Shown here in pieces: positions 51,731 through 64,000 of a stretch of 64,000 nucleotides of DNA. Source of the DNA: Mobula hypostoma (lineage: Eukaryota); NCBI RefSeq assembly GCF_963921235.1, contig NC_086108.1, forward strand, positions 6,758,001-6,822,000, in the 5' to 3' direction. Each line of letters begins with the position of its first letter. Position 1 is the first letter of the stretch. The position numbers and the translations under genes are program-made. Below the pieces are notes generated by a model that worked only from the letters and a program-made list of their open reading frames with translations, was not told where the DNA came from and searched no databases.

Positions 51731-52826
51731 TAAAAGAACCATTCTCAGTTGGATCTATTTATGTTCAATTAAGTTTGGTTATTAATGCATCTAATTCTAC
51801 TTCTAAGTTTCAAAATGGTTGAGTTGATTCCCGATCTTGGCAATCCATTTGCAAAAGTTTCGTCATCATATGAAGAGACATTATCAGTGCATTGTTTAAT
51901 TGCGTTAGGCTTAGTGAACAGCGGCTGATGATGTCTCCTCACATGGTGACAAAATGTTTGCAAGTAACTTGCTATAGATGCTGCCTGACTCGCTGAGTTC
52001 CTTCCACATTTTCCGAGTTATTTTCAGAGTTTCAAATTTTCCTGTGCTTGCTACTAAAGGCTATTGTTTGGGGAAACTTGTGAAAAGAACCTAAGTTACC
52101 TGCTCAGAAGACTGATAGTGTTGACAATTGAGGAAGACTTTACATTTATTGACACAAAAACAAATAATTGTCAAGCCAGTGATCCCATTTAGGAAGGATG
52201 TAATCATTTCCCCATTTAACCAGCTTGAACCATTATTATGAACCAAGATTAAACATTGTATAATTTCACCAGCATGAAGCAAGGCATAGAACATAGAACT
52301 TGCTGGGGCATGTGGGGCTATCAGCCAAGGACGGCAGCCCTCCTCGGAGAAGGAAAACTCTGGTTTTAAACCTCCACTGCTTTGCAGCCATACCCACCCA
52401 TGGGATAGTCTTTGGGACTAAACCCAGAGGAAGAACTCCGGAGCCAGGTCCCTAAGGCAGTTTGATGTTGTTTACAACTTGACTCTGGCAACCTCTGCGA
52501 TGACACTAGTGCTAGGCTATATTGGTGCTTGCCCTTCTCTTGGACTACATCAGTGATGTGGAGAGGGGGAAACTGCTGCAGGGGCAACAGCCGGTTCTTC
52601 AAATCTTACCACCCAGGCTTGCACCCTGGAGAGGACACAGTCCACCAGAGGCGCAAACCCATGATTCCCTAGCTGCCTACTATATTGTTTAGCTGATCCA
52701 GCACAACATTGCGGGCTGAAGGGCCTGTTCCTGTGCTGTACTGTTGTATGTACCAAACATGAAATTTATTCTCAGTTTGGTAAATCTGCTTTATTATGCC
52801 CTGAAAAATATCGTCTGGGAATACTT

Positions 52827-53042
52827 AAACGAGAAAATCTGTAGATGCTGGAAATCCAAGCAACACCCACAAAATGCTGGAGGAAGTCAGTGGGCAGGCA
52901 GCGTCTATTGGGAAATAAGTACAGTTGACATCTTGGGCCAAGTCCCTTCAGCAGAGACTCGGCCCAAAGTGTCGACCGTACTTTTTTCCCATAGGTGCTG
53001 CCTGGCCTGCTGAGTTCCTCCACCATTTTGTGTGTGTTGCCC
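52827..53042. mobile_element. Older fold-back Penelope-like insertion
   Basis: About 52859-52945 is the reverse complement of about 52955-53040. Flanked by gggaatactt and gggaatcctt. Confidence 0.75.
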
Positions 53043-53084
53043 GGGAATCCTTGACTTATTTTTCCTCCAGGGTGATGATGAATA

Positions 53085-53510
53085 TTCGTAGTTCAGGTTG
53101 AGGCAGTTGATGTTGCATTGTTCAGTGAGCTTGGTAATTAACTTGCATCACCAGTAGAGGTGACATCTCAGTGTGTAGTTGCCATTTCTTTCTGGTTGTG
53201 CTCACATTTATATATCCACCCCTCCCTCCCCTTTTGCTTACTTCAGTCCTGTGTGGCTACCCCTTCAATTGACTTTTGAATTCTATTGGCTAAGGTTTCT
53301 TTGGCTGTCAGGGGTACGTAGATGCCGTGTGCATCGGTATGTTTGTTTACAGAGTTATAAGAAGCGAACCATGCTTCTAAAAATTTTCGTGCCTGCTTCA
53401 TGTTTGCCTGTGCCAGAACCTCTATGATGTCCTGGTTAAAGTCTTCATGTACTGAGATCAGCGACAGTAGCTCATATCTCTGTACCACCAGTTTGTGTTC
53501 CTGTAGGTGA
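53085..53510 (-). mobile_element. Penelope-like element of a second family, GIY-YIG C-terminus and 3' end
   Basis: EHKL....SLISVH..F....EVLAQANMKQARKFLEAWF...SVNKH.D..IY, followed by a decayed hammerhead-like ctgaga-tgtcacc-tctact-ggtga-tgcaa. Confidence 0.7.
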
Positions 53511-53914
53511 GATTTCTCCTCTTTCATCACCACCACTGCTCTTGATTTTTCTATTGATCAGTTTAACTTAATCCTTGATATCATATTATATGGCTGTTTT
53601 GTCAGCTGAGTAGTTTCTTGTTCCTCTGGAATTTTGCATCTTTTAAAAAAATACATCTTTTTGGGGCAAAGCTATGACGAGATGTTAGTTCTGACGAAGG
53701 GTCTCAGCCCGAAATGTTGACTGTAACTCTTCCTAGAGATGCTGCCTGGCCTGCTGCGTTCACCAGCAACTTTGTGTGTTGCTTGAATTTCCAGCATCTG
53801 CAGAATTCCTCGTTTTCATGTTGATTTTATTGACTGTAGCAGCAACTCGACCAAGCATGTGGCATGGGGAGTTTTCCTGTATGACACACACTCTAGTTTG
53901 AAAAATACATCTCA

Positions 53915-54190
53915 TGATGCTCTGAACACATCATCATTGACGTATCCTGGGGTCATCGTGTGCTTTGGGTTGTTCAACATCAGACACCCTCACCCAGGCA
54001 ACCCAGCCATGGTTGACCAAGCCATGACTTGTGTTCAGATAGCATGTGCTGCAGATCCCCAAGGACTTGCTCTCTTTATCCAGAGCCATCTTGAGGCTTT
54101 CTCTGCTGGCTTGGTGATGTTGTCAGTGGTTCTCTGCCTCCTTTCACCAGCGATATCCAGTGTGCTGAGGGCTCTGTGAAAAGATGTCCA
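53915..54190 (-). mobile_element. HERO-type LINE 3' end
   Basis: Reverse complement encodes RALSTLDIAGERRQRTTDNITKPAEKASRWLWIKR; 3' UTR homologous to 8005-8140. Confidence 0.75.
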
Positions 54191-54209
54191 ATAGTAATCA
54201 GTTCATTAT

Positions 54210-56580
54210 TAATCTGAATCAGGTTTAATATCACCTGTGAAATTTGTTGTCTTTGTGGCATTAGTACCACATAGCACATAATAATAGAAAAAAAACTAAA
54301 TTACAGAAAGCACATAGTAAAAAATGCAAAAATGGAAATAAAAAATGTAGTGAACTAGTGTTTGTGGGTTCAATGTCCATTCAAAAATTGAATGGCAGAG
54401 GGGAAGAAGCTATTCCTGAATCATTGAGTGTGTGCTTTCAGGATCCTGTACCTCCTCCCTGATGGTAGTAATGAGAACAAGGTATGACCTGGGTGATGGG
54501 GGGGGGGGGGGTCCTTAATGATGGATGCCACCTTTTTGAGGCATCACTCCTTGAGATGTCCTGGATACTATGGAGGTTAGTGCCCACAATGGAGCTGACC
54601 GGGTTTACCCTCTGCAGGTTATTTTGATTCTATGCAGTGGCATCCCTCATCACCACCCCCCCCCCACCCCCCCACCATACCAGACAATAATGCAGCCAGT
54701 TAGAATGCTCTCCACAGTACTTTGGTAGAAATTTTCAAGTGTTTTTGGTGACATACCAAATCTCCTCAAAGTCCTAATGAAATATAGCCGCTGTTGTGCT
54801 TTCTTTGAGCTGCATCGATATGTATAGATAGATACTTCATTGATCCCAAAGGAAATTACATTGTCTCAGTAGCATTACAAGTGCAGAGATATAAATATTA
54901 GAAGAGAAGTACAAATAACAAAAAACAAGTTACCACAAAAAGTTTAACAGGAGGGGGTCATCACTTCCCTGGCTATAGGTTGACTCATTGTCCAGCCTAA
55001 TGGCCAAGGGTAAGAATGACCTCATGTAGCGCTCTTTGGAGCAGTACAGTTGTCTTAGTCTGTTACTAAAAGTGCTCCTCTGTTCAGCCAAGGTGGCATG
55101 CAGAGAGTGAGAAACATTGTCTAGAATTGCCAGGATTTTCCGTAGGGTGCACCCCCAGGTACTTGTAGACCCTCACCACATCCACATCCTCACCCTCACC
55201 ATCGGTAGTAACAGGGAGCAACAGAGGCTTCGCCTTCCTAAAGTCCATCACCATCGCCTTTGTCTTACTGATGGTGCGCTGCAGATGATTCAGAGTGCAC
55301 CATTTGACAAAGTCCTCCACCAGGGCCCTGTATTCATCCGCCTGTCCTCCCTTTGTACATCCAACTATTGCTGAGTCATCAGAGAATTTCTGCCATTGAC
55401 ATGACTCAGTGCTGTATCTAAAGTCTGAGATATACAGGGTAAACAGGAAGGGAGCCAGTACAGTCCCCTGTGGGGTCCCAGTGCTGCTTAGAGCTATGTC
55501 TGGCACATAGCTCTGAAGCCGCACAAACTATGGTCTGCCAGTCAGGAAGTCTGTTATCCAGAATACAATGAAAGTGCCAGTCTGCATTGAATGGACCTTT
55601 TATCCCAGCAATGAGGCTGTATGTTGTTGAAGGTGCTTGAGAAATCAAAGAACGTGACCCTCACAGTGCTGCCCTGCTTATCCAAATGGGAGTAAGCTCT
55701 GTTTGGCAGGTAGATGGCAGCATCATTGACTCCAGTATGCTACTGGTTGGCAAACTGCAGGGGATCAATGACTGATCTGACCAGGGGTCAGGGGTGAGCC
55801 AGGACCAGTCTTCATGATGTGTTAATTCAGGGCCACTGGACCCTTTTTGGGTTCTGGGATCACGCGTGATGTTTTCCACACAGTCGGGACCCTTTCCAGG
55901 CTGAGACACAGTTTGAAAATATGCTGGAGAACTCAACACAACTGCTCAGCACACTCCTTTAGGACCTTGGGGTTCACACCATGCGGTCCCAATGCTTTGC
56001 CTTGTCTGAGTTTCCCCAGAGCCCCTATCACCTACTTAGCAGTGAAGGGGAGTCCATGATGACTGGGGAGTTGGTGGAAGGTAGGGGCTGGGGAAAGTGA
56101 AGGTTGGGATGCTAGCAGCTGGTATGTGGAGGTGTGGATGGTAGGCGCAGGGCAAGGAAGGGATGTAGACAGTGGTAGCCTGTGATGTTCATCTATGTGT
56201 TGAATGGGAGGAGGGGAGGTGTTGATGCTGAGGGAGCATTGGGTGCCTCTGTATCCAGACCGGTGTGCTGAGAGGTGTGAATTGTCAAACCTATTGAAGA
56301 ATTGGTTTAACCCATAAGTCCATTCAGGGGTGCATTCCCAGGGTCGACAGCTAGGCTGATTGAAGCCAGTAATGCTCTTAATGCCTCTCCAAACCTCCTC
56401 TGTGCTGCTCTGCTTAAGTTTGTTCTCCAGGTCTCCTATATTCCTCTTTAGCCACCTTGATCTTCTTTAGCTCCCTCTGCACTTGTTGGGACCAGGTTAA
56501 GTCCTCAGAGGTACTGACAGCCAGGAACTTGAAATTGTGCACTCTTTCCACTTCTGATCCCTCTGAAGTCTAGTGTGTGT
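54210..56580 (-). mobile_element. Nested Rex-Babar LINEs: host (54210-54820 and 56480-56580) interrupted by an RT-bearing copy (about 54822-56480)
   Basis: ORF 55084-55524: STGTPQGTVLAPFLFTLYISDF...QKFSDDSAIVGC...SKTKAMVMDFRK...YKYLGVH. (tatc)n tail near 54822-54835. Confidence 0.85.
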
Positions 56581-57169
56581 TCTGTCATCTTAATAATGTT
56601 CAAAAAGTTGAAATATATTCAATCCTTTATTAGTATGAGCAAAACATGCAATTTTAAAATGACGAAATTAAAACTAGCAATATTAAATGCACTTAAGGGG
56701 ACTTGAGCAAAGGTAGGTAGAGTTAAGTGTTTTCAAATGTAATTAAGTGGTTAACCAAAGACATGACACCTGGTAATCCCCAACTCTAAACTGCCCAGAA
56801 CAAAGAATGAATATGTAACTAAACCCTTTGCTTTTACCATGCCACCAATACACATGACTATTTAAAATAATAAACAAGCAACACAGAAGACAATGCAGAT
56901 AGAAAACAGATGCATGGCTCCTACTCTTATTCTTGCAGAGCCTAAGTTGAACACCACTGTTCACATTTTTGTTATCTGACGGCAAAATTATCCATGGTCA
57001 TTAAATCCACTAGATAAGGGGTTCAAAATATTTTTATGCCATGGGCCCCTACCGTTAACTGAGATAATGAAGTTGGCAGTTTAGGTTTTGTCCTGCTTTA
57101 TTTTTAAACGGGACTATTTTCCACATTGTTTGATAAATGGTAATCTGGCTGTTCTGAAGCAAATTGATT

Positions 57170-57570
57170 AAAGGCACAGCTCTGAAACCTAGAGAACAAT
57201 AAAAAAAGACACTACAAAGACTGCTGACTTTCACCAACCAGTGCCTGAGAAGGATCCTAAACATCAGATGGATTGACAAAGTAATCAACCAGGCACAGTG
57301 GGGAAAACTCCAACCAGGAATCCATAGCGATACAAGTATGCAAATAGAAATAGAGATGGATTGGCCACAACTTGAGGAAGCCAACCAATAACGTCACCAG
57401 AGGGGCATTAAAATGAAATCCTCAAAGAAAGAGGGAAAAGAAGGGACTTCCAAAGTACACGTAGGAGGGATGTCAAGGTCGAAATTAGACGAGGGGAGAG
57501 TCCAGGTCCACCCTGTAGACACTGGCTCAGAACAGGATGGTGGCGACCGGAGCTAAGGCCCCAAGAGAAA
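57170..57570 (+). mobile_element. RTE-clade LINE 3' fragment
   Basis: KRLLTFTNQCLRRILNIRW.DKVIN..., RWIGH.LRK remnants. Confidence 0.65.
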
Positions 57571-57659
57571 CAGTAGTAGAACATGCTGGGACGTTGGTGC
57601 TGGTTAGCTTTTTACTCGACTTGGTGCATACTATTCTATTTAAAAGTTGAGCTAATTAG

Positions 57660-58872
57660 GTTAGCTTTTTGTGTCACCAAAGACGCTCACAAATTTCTAT
57701 CTGTGTACCGTGGGGAGCATCGTAACTGGTTGCATCGCCATCTGGTGTGGAGGGGCCACTTCACAGGATCGTTTAAAGCTGCAAAGGGTTGCAAATCCAG
57801 CCAGTGCCATCATGGGCACTAGTCTTCCAAGCATTAAAGATATCTTCAAAAGGCATTACCTCAAAAATGGCGGTATCCATCTGTAAGGAACTTCATCACA
57901 CAGGCCATACCCTCTTCTCATTGCTACCATTAAGGAGGACATGTAGGAACCTGAAGAGAGAGACTCAACACTTTAGGAGCAGATTCTTCCCCTCCATCAT
58001 CATATTTCTGAATGTACAATGAACCCATGTACACTACCTCACTTTTTTTTGCTCTCATTTTGCACTACCTATTTAATTTTTTTATATACAGATAGTACTG
58101 TGCAAAAGTCTTCGGCACATACTGCCTTTTTAGAGGGCATGTGCTATCATAAGAGGCTGGCTAAGGTTGGGTTGTTTTCTCTGGAGTGTCAGAGGCTGAG
58201 GGGAGATCTGATAGAGGTTTACAAGATTATGAGAGGCACAGATGAAGTGGACAGAGAGTATCTGTTCCCCAGGGTAGAAATGTCTAATACCAGAGGACAT
58301 GCATCGAAGGGTGAGAGGGGTTAGATTTAAGGGGGATGTGAGGAGTAAGTTTTTTTATTCAGAGAATGGTGGATGCCTGGACTGCACTGCCTGGTATGGT
58401 TGTAGAAGCAAATACATTAGAGGCTTTTAAGAGACATTTGGATAGGCACATGGATATGAGGAAGGTGGAGGGTTATGGACATAGTTTAAGTAGGAAGGAT
58501 TAGTGTTTTTGATTTGTTTGTTAGCTGGTTTGGCACAACATTGTGGGCCGAATGGCCTGTTCCTGTGCTGTACTCTTCTATGTTCTATGTTACTTTGTTT
58601 AATGAAATGCAAAAAATTTTCTAACGTTTAATTTTTTTTTTGGAAACTTAAATGTTTGGAAATCTAAAATTTGCTGCTTTGTACTGACACACTAATGCAG
58701 AATACAAAAAATAAAACAACTGAAACAAAATTAGTATTAAAAAATCCAGGGTGCCTGACATTTGCACAATTATGTACTTACTGTAATTTTTATTATTATC
58801 GATTGCGATGGACTGCTGCCACAGAACAGCAGATTACATGACCTATGTCAGTGATATGAAAGCCGACTCTGA
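57660..58872 (+). mobile_element. Triple nest: Rex-Babar LINE, containing a Tc1/mariner-like MITE (about 58092-58772), containing a CR1 fragment (about 58125-58590)
   Basis: Rex ORF SPKTLTNFYLCTVGSIVTGCIAIW. TIR-like agtactgtgcaaaagtcttcggcac and gtgcctgacatttgcaca. CR1 ORF LFSLECQRLRGDLIEVYKIMRG. Rex UTR resumes at about 58775. Confidence 0.75.
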
Positions 58873-59751
58873 TCACAGCAGCATTTAGGAGAGATGTGTT
58901 AACTGCTTTCATGTTTCTGATAAATTATTTCCAGTCCTGTTGAGCCTGTACTCATTTGACTGACAGCACTGCTGAACTTTAAGATCTGTAGGTTATGGGA
59001 TTGGTTAGGTACAGAGAAGACTTTTTTGCTTAAGCATGTGTAGCTATTTCTTGTAGGTGTGGGCCCTTTTTTCTATGAGCCAGGTTCCTTTGCTCGCTGC
59101 TCCCGGGGGAAGGTCCTTGCGTTCGAATGATCTCTCTTTCTCCCTCGACGCTGTCGGAGGATGATGCTGCAGCAAGGTTTAATCGATGTAGTGTGTGGGT
59201 TGTGGACTCTAATTCATGTTTTAAGATGCGTTCTAGTTTCAGGTCGCTCCTTTTGTTGCTAGTTTGAATGATTTTAGAACATAGAGTACAGCAGAGAATT
59301 TTGACAGAATGATAATGTTCAGAGTATTACAGTGCCAGGCCGTTTCTTGTCTAATCTGTGATAGGTACACCTTGCTCAATATAGGTATGTGTCCACATAA
59401 TTTGCTGTTGGGATGCAGGTGTGGCATGTGCTTTCCTAAATTGACAGTGTGCCTTGACTGGCGTCAGTGTCTGTGCAAAGGTGTATACTTGTCCTATGGT
59501 TCAAGGCTTACTACAACAGAATGGATTGCTCAACCATTTTCTCAGATATTCTTGAGCTAGAGTTGCGTATAAGACATACAAAGGGCAATTAAATTCCCTT
59601 CTTAAAGCATATGGTGTACTTAGGATTTCTTTAGTTTCACAGTCCCATTCTTAATACTAGTTTTTTTTTAAAGTTATAAATTATTTAACTAAATTTCCTA
59701 ACTGCTTTGGAATTTGCATTTGTTGTGGAATTGCATGTTCTGGTCTTTGGT

Positions 59752-60556
59752 TTCAAAATACATTTAATATCAAAGTATGTATATATGATACAACCTTGAG
59801 ATTCTCCTTACAAGTAGCCACAAAACAAAGAAACCCAAAAGAGCACATTTTAAGAAAGACTGTAAAACACTCAACATGCAGAAAGAGAGAGAAAAAAAAA
59901 CAAATCATGCAAACAGTAAAAGTAAACAAAAAGCATTCAGAATTAGCTCAGACTTGGAGCCTGGAGCAGCCGGAACAGGCCACAGCCTCAGTTCAGCATA
60001 TAGTGGAGTAAAATGTCACGGAGCCCAAGACACGAAGCCAGGAGCGCCCACAGCCTCTGCCTCAGTGCAGTGCGGAGTGGAGTGAACTCATCCGATCCTC
60101 ACCTCTGGATCGACACCCTGCCATTTCAGTTCAACTGGTCTGGCATTTAAATCGTCCAAATGTGAGGTCATTTCTCGTTGTAAGACCCGGGCCCTGTCAC
60201 ATTGATACGTTATGGGCCTGAGCTTTCCAAATCATCCTGGCATTTAGATTGATCAAAACTTGACTCGGTTTAGGTGGATGGGCCTTGAATCTGCCATTCT
60301 AGTGCTCCACTCTCCTCGACTTCATCTCGAATGTGCGTCGACCTTGCCCTGACTTTGCCTCGAGCTCACCTTGCACCTGCCTGCTTCTGCCCTTGACTCA
60401 GCCTCACCTTCACTTGCCTCTTCATTGTTGGTGGTGTTGCTACCATAATTTTTTTTTACAGAAAAAATGTTATTAATAAAATACTTAGTTGTATTCCTTG
60501 TTTGGTTAACCACTGGTAAGTAATCACTTGCCTTCAGCAGTGCAATCTTAAACCAG
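59752..60556 (-). mobile_element. About 800 bp non-coding retroposon (copy 2)
   Basis: Colinear with 34355-35162. Confidence 0.65.
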
Positions 60557-61149
60557 ATTGCAAACCTGGTAACAGAGGCACGGTGATGCTGTATGCCAAT
60601 AAAATGCTAGATAGCCTTGGCAGTAAAAGAAAAGTAAATGGCTCGGCCTAGTAAATGAAATGTCCTGTAATTTATTAAACTTGTTCATGTGTGCCCGTGC
60701 AGTAAGAACTCTTTGGACTTTGCATCAGACCCATGTTTATTCACATCCATTGTGCACCTCGGCCAAGATTCAGCTTAGTAGCTGGGGGTTGAATATGGTA
60801 GCTGAAACCATACTTACCGATCTTGTTTAGAAAGAAAGCTGGCAGACTTTGTTCAACGTAGTTTTGAAGATGTAATCAATTCTTGGCCGTGTTCAGTGTT
60901 TGAATGCAGTTGACTAAAATTGCCATGCATTGCAAGCTGTAATAGCTGAGAAGATATCTGGAACAATGAATAAACAGGAGTAAAGTCTGCAGGTGCTGGA
61001 AACCCAGAGCAACTCTCACACAAAATGCTGGAGGGTCTCAGTAGGCCAGGCAGCATCTGTGGAAAGGAATAAGCAGTTGACCTTTCAGGATCGGAAAGGA
61101 AGGGAGAAGATGCCACAATAAAAAGGTGTGGGGGGGGGAAGGGGAAGGA

Positions 61150-61430
61150 GATTTATTTATTTATTGGGATACAGCAGAATAGCCGCTTCCGGCCCTTTGA
61201 GCCGTGCTGCCTGCAGTCCCCTGATTTAGCCCTAGCCTAATCTCAGGACAGTTTACAATGACCAATTAACTTGCCAACCTGTACATCTTTGGGCTGTGGG
61301 AGGAAGCCGGAGCACCCACTGGAAACTCATGGGAGGGAGCGTTCAAGCTCCTTGCAGGCAGCAGTAGGAATTGAACCCAGGTCGCCTGGACTATAAAGTG
61401 TTGTGCTAACCACCACGCTTCTGTGCTGTC
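61150..61430 (-). mobile_element. HE1-like V-SINE
   Basis: Reverse complement of the 14053 consensus. Confidence 0.8.
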
Positions 61431-62235
61431 CCAAACAGAGCTGGTTGCTATATGGGACGAGCTGGGATTCAGCCATGGTAGTACATTTATTTCAAGTGGG
61501 ATTGTTGTTTGAGTTCTTGCTCCAAAGACTTGGGCACAATATCTTTGCTGGCATTTCATTGTATCGGGAAGAGCCATGAATTATTAAATAGAGTGAATTA
61601 TTAAATGGGCACTATCTTTCAAGTTCAAGTTTAATTGTCATTCAACCATACATGAATACAGCCAAACAAAACAGTGTTACTCTAGGAACAAAGTGCAAAA
61701 CACAGTACCAGTGGTCAAACAGAACATGGCACATATTTAGCAGGCATATATAAGATATCAGTAAAATACAGTCACACAACAACGTCTCTGAGTCCATGAA
61801 TGTTGCAGCTGTCTGCAATCGAACACAGTCTGGCTTATCTTCAGCCGAATGAATACTGGGGGCTGTGCTGGCTCCAGCTTGGTTGGCACGCCACACCAAT
61901 GCCTCTGTCCTGGGCAACACTGCGGCTTGAGGCGTAGTCCTCTCTACCATCGAGGCCACGCAGCTCCCCCGCTGTTCGCTGATAAATCAATGAATCAGAC
62001 TAGCATCACTCTACATTAGCAACGCCCAATAGGGTCTTGCGATCGCAAGACAAGCGACTAAGACTATCACTCATTGTTAGACTGCACCCCCTCTTCACGC
62101 ACCAACTCCTCCACCTCCAATGCGGGCAGCAGCATGATCAGCAACAACAAACAACTCACTGATGGGATAACAAGCAGCACACATCAAAGTTGCTGGTGAA
62201 TGCAGCAGGCCAGGCAGCATCTCTAGGAAAAGGTG

Positions 62236-62270
62236 CAGTCGACGTTTCAGGCCGAGACCCTTCGTCAGGA
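62236..62270 (-). ncRNA. Hammerhead core at the 5' end of a 98 bp Penelope-like insertion (62171-62268)
   Basis: Reverse complement: tc CTGACGA agg-gtctcgg-cct GAAA cg TC gactg; the stem I 5' arm is truncated. TSD gatgggataa at 62161-62170 and 62269-62278. Confidence 0.7.
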
Positions 62271-62569
62271 TGGGATAAACCTGCAGTACTTTAAATTCTT
62301 AATGTCTAGCAGGGTCTTGAAATTGGAAAAGATACATCAAAAAAAATTAAGCATTAGGGGGTGTCCTGAGGTTTTAGAAAAGAACTGTAAGCCCTGGAAT
62401 CTTGATTTGTTTCATTGTCCTTGTATTTACTGACCACTGTTGTCAACTTTGACTATATATATTCCCAAAAAGGGAAAGTTTCAAAGTTTTCCAAAAAAAA
62501 TTAATGATATGAATGCAATATTCCCACGAGTGAGGATGTTGTTCCCATTCCCATTCTGACATGTCAGTC

Positions 62570-62865
62570 CACTCGCCTGCTTGTCCCCTCCACCTTCCCT
62601 TTCTCCATTGGTCCACTCTCCTCTCCTATCAAATTCCATCTTCTCCAGCCCTTTACCTTTCCCACCCACCTGACTTCACCTATCACCTTCCAGCTGTCCT
62701 CCTTGCCCTCACCCCACCTTTTTTTTTATTTTGGCTTCTTCCCTCCTTCCTTTCCAGTCCTGATGAAGAGTTTTGGCCTGAAACATCGACTGTTTATTCA
62801 TTTCCATAGATGCTGCCTGTCCTGCTGAGTTTCTACACCATTTTGTGTGCATGTTGTTCTGGATT
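62570..62865 (+). mobile_element. Penelope-like pLTR fragment with hammerhead motif (62755-62792)
   Basis: cagtc CTGATGA agagttttggcct GAAA ca TC gactg, followed by the shared tail tagatgctgcctg.cctgctgagtt. Confidence 0.75.
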
Positions 62866-63042
62866 ATCACCCTCTGTAGCTTTTCTCTTGCTTATTAATC
62901 CATAATGCCTGTGTGAGCTTCCCAATTGTTGTTATTTGCCATTTTAGTTTTAAATGATGTGGTTGGAGTAAATGAACCAAAATTCTTGAGGTTTCTATTT
63001 TTAATGCAAGTTTTTGGACCTTACTTGTCATTTGGATCGTGA

Positions 63043-63315
<273 letters not shown>

Positions 63316-63389
63316 TGAAAATGAAGTTTTCTGGGAATTGGACTTGGCAGCTTTTCATTGGGGCTTAATGTTAGGCCATGTATTCACTG

Positions 63390-63790
63390 GAATTCAGAAA
63401 ATGACGAGTGACCTAATTGAAACCCGTTGAATTTTGAAAGCACTCGGTAGAGTGGATGTGGAGAGGATGGCTCCGATGGTGGGAGAATCTAAGAACAGAG
63501 GACACACCCTCAGAATACAGAGGTGTCCTTTTAGAATGGAGGTGAGGAGGAATCTCTTTAGCCAGAGTGTGGTGAATCTGTGGAATTCATTGCCACAGAC
63601 AGCTGTGCAGGCCAAGTCAATGGGTATATTTAAGGCAAACGTTGTTAGGTTCTTGATTGGGCAGGGCATGAAGGGATATGGGGAGAAGGCAGGACTTTGG
63701 GGCGGAGAAGAAAAATGAATGATGAAATGGTAAAGCAGACTCAATGGGCTAAATGGCCAAATTCTGCTTTTATGTCTTATGGTCTTGTAA
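63390..63790 (+). mobile_element. CR1 LINE 3' fragment, followed by an opposite-strand CR1 tail (about 63795-64000)
   Basis: ORF RVDVERMAPMVGESKNRGHTLRIQ..FRMEVRRNLFSQSVVNLWNSLPQ. Confidence 0.85.
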
Positions 63791-64000
63791 GACACAGAAA
63801 CAGAACCAGGCCATTCAGCCTATCTAGTCTCTGCCATTTGATCATGGCTTGTTAGTTTTCCTTCTCAATCCCATTTTCCTGCCTTTACCCCGTAAACTTT
63901 GTCACCCTTACTTATTAAGTATATATTGACTTCAGCTTTAAATTCCTCCTCATCTCTGTTCTAAAGGAGTGTCCTCTCAATTCCAGTCTCCTGCTTTCTT

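Overview
This is eukaryotic genomic DNA, not microbial. The repeat content (HE1/V-SINE-type tRNA SINEs, CR1/HER1-like, Rex-Babar, RTE, HERO and Penelope-like retroelements) points to a cartilaginous fish, probably a ray or shark. The window lies inside a + strand non-muscle alpha-actinin gene, most like ACTN4. Two coding exons of the CH1 actin-binding domain are present (51590-51704 and 63095-63214, both AG/GT-bounded). No first coding exon was found, so about 51.6 kb upstream is probably intron 1. The rest is intronic DNA dense in decayed transposons, and almost all ORFs in the supplied track are repeat remnants or noise. Most notable: (i) many minimal type I hammerhead ribozyme motifs in Penelope-like termini, including a roughly 670 bp fold-back insertion with two opposed ribozymes and a set of short insertions that begin at the ribozyme; (ii) an internally deleted HERO element; (iii) several locally templated direct and inverted duplications, including about 135 bp direct repeats around a LINE; (iv) three non-autonomous Chapaev3 copies. 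I cannot demonstrate a wholly new biological system. Repeat boundaries were read by eye and are approximate (tens of bp); exon and ribozyme coordinates were counted exactly.
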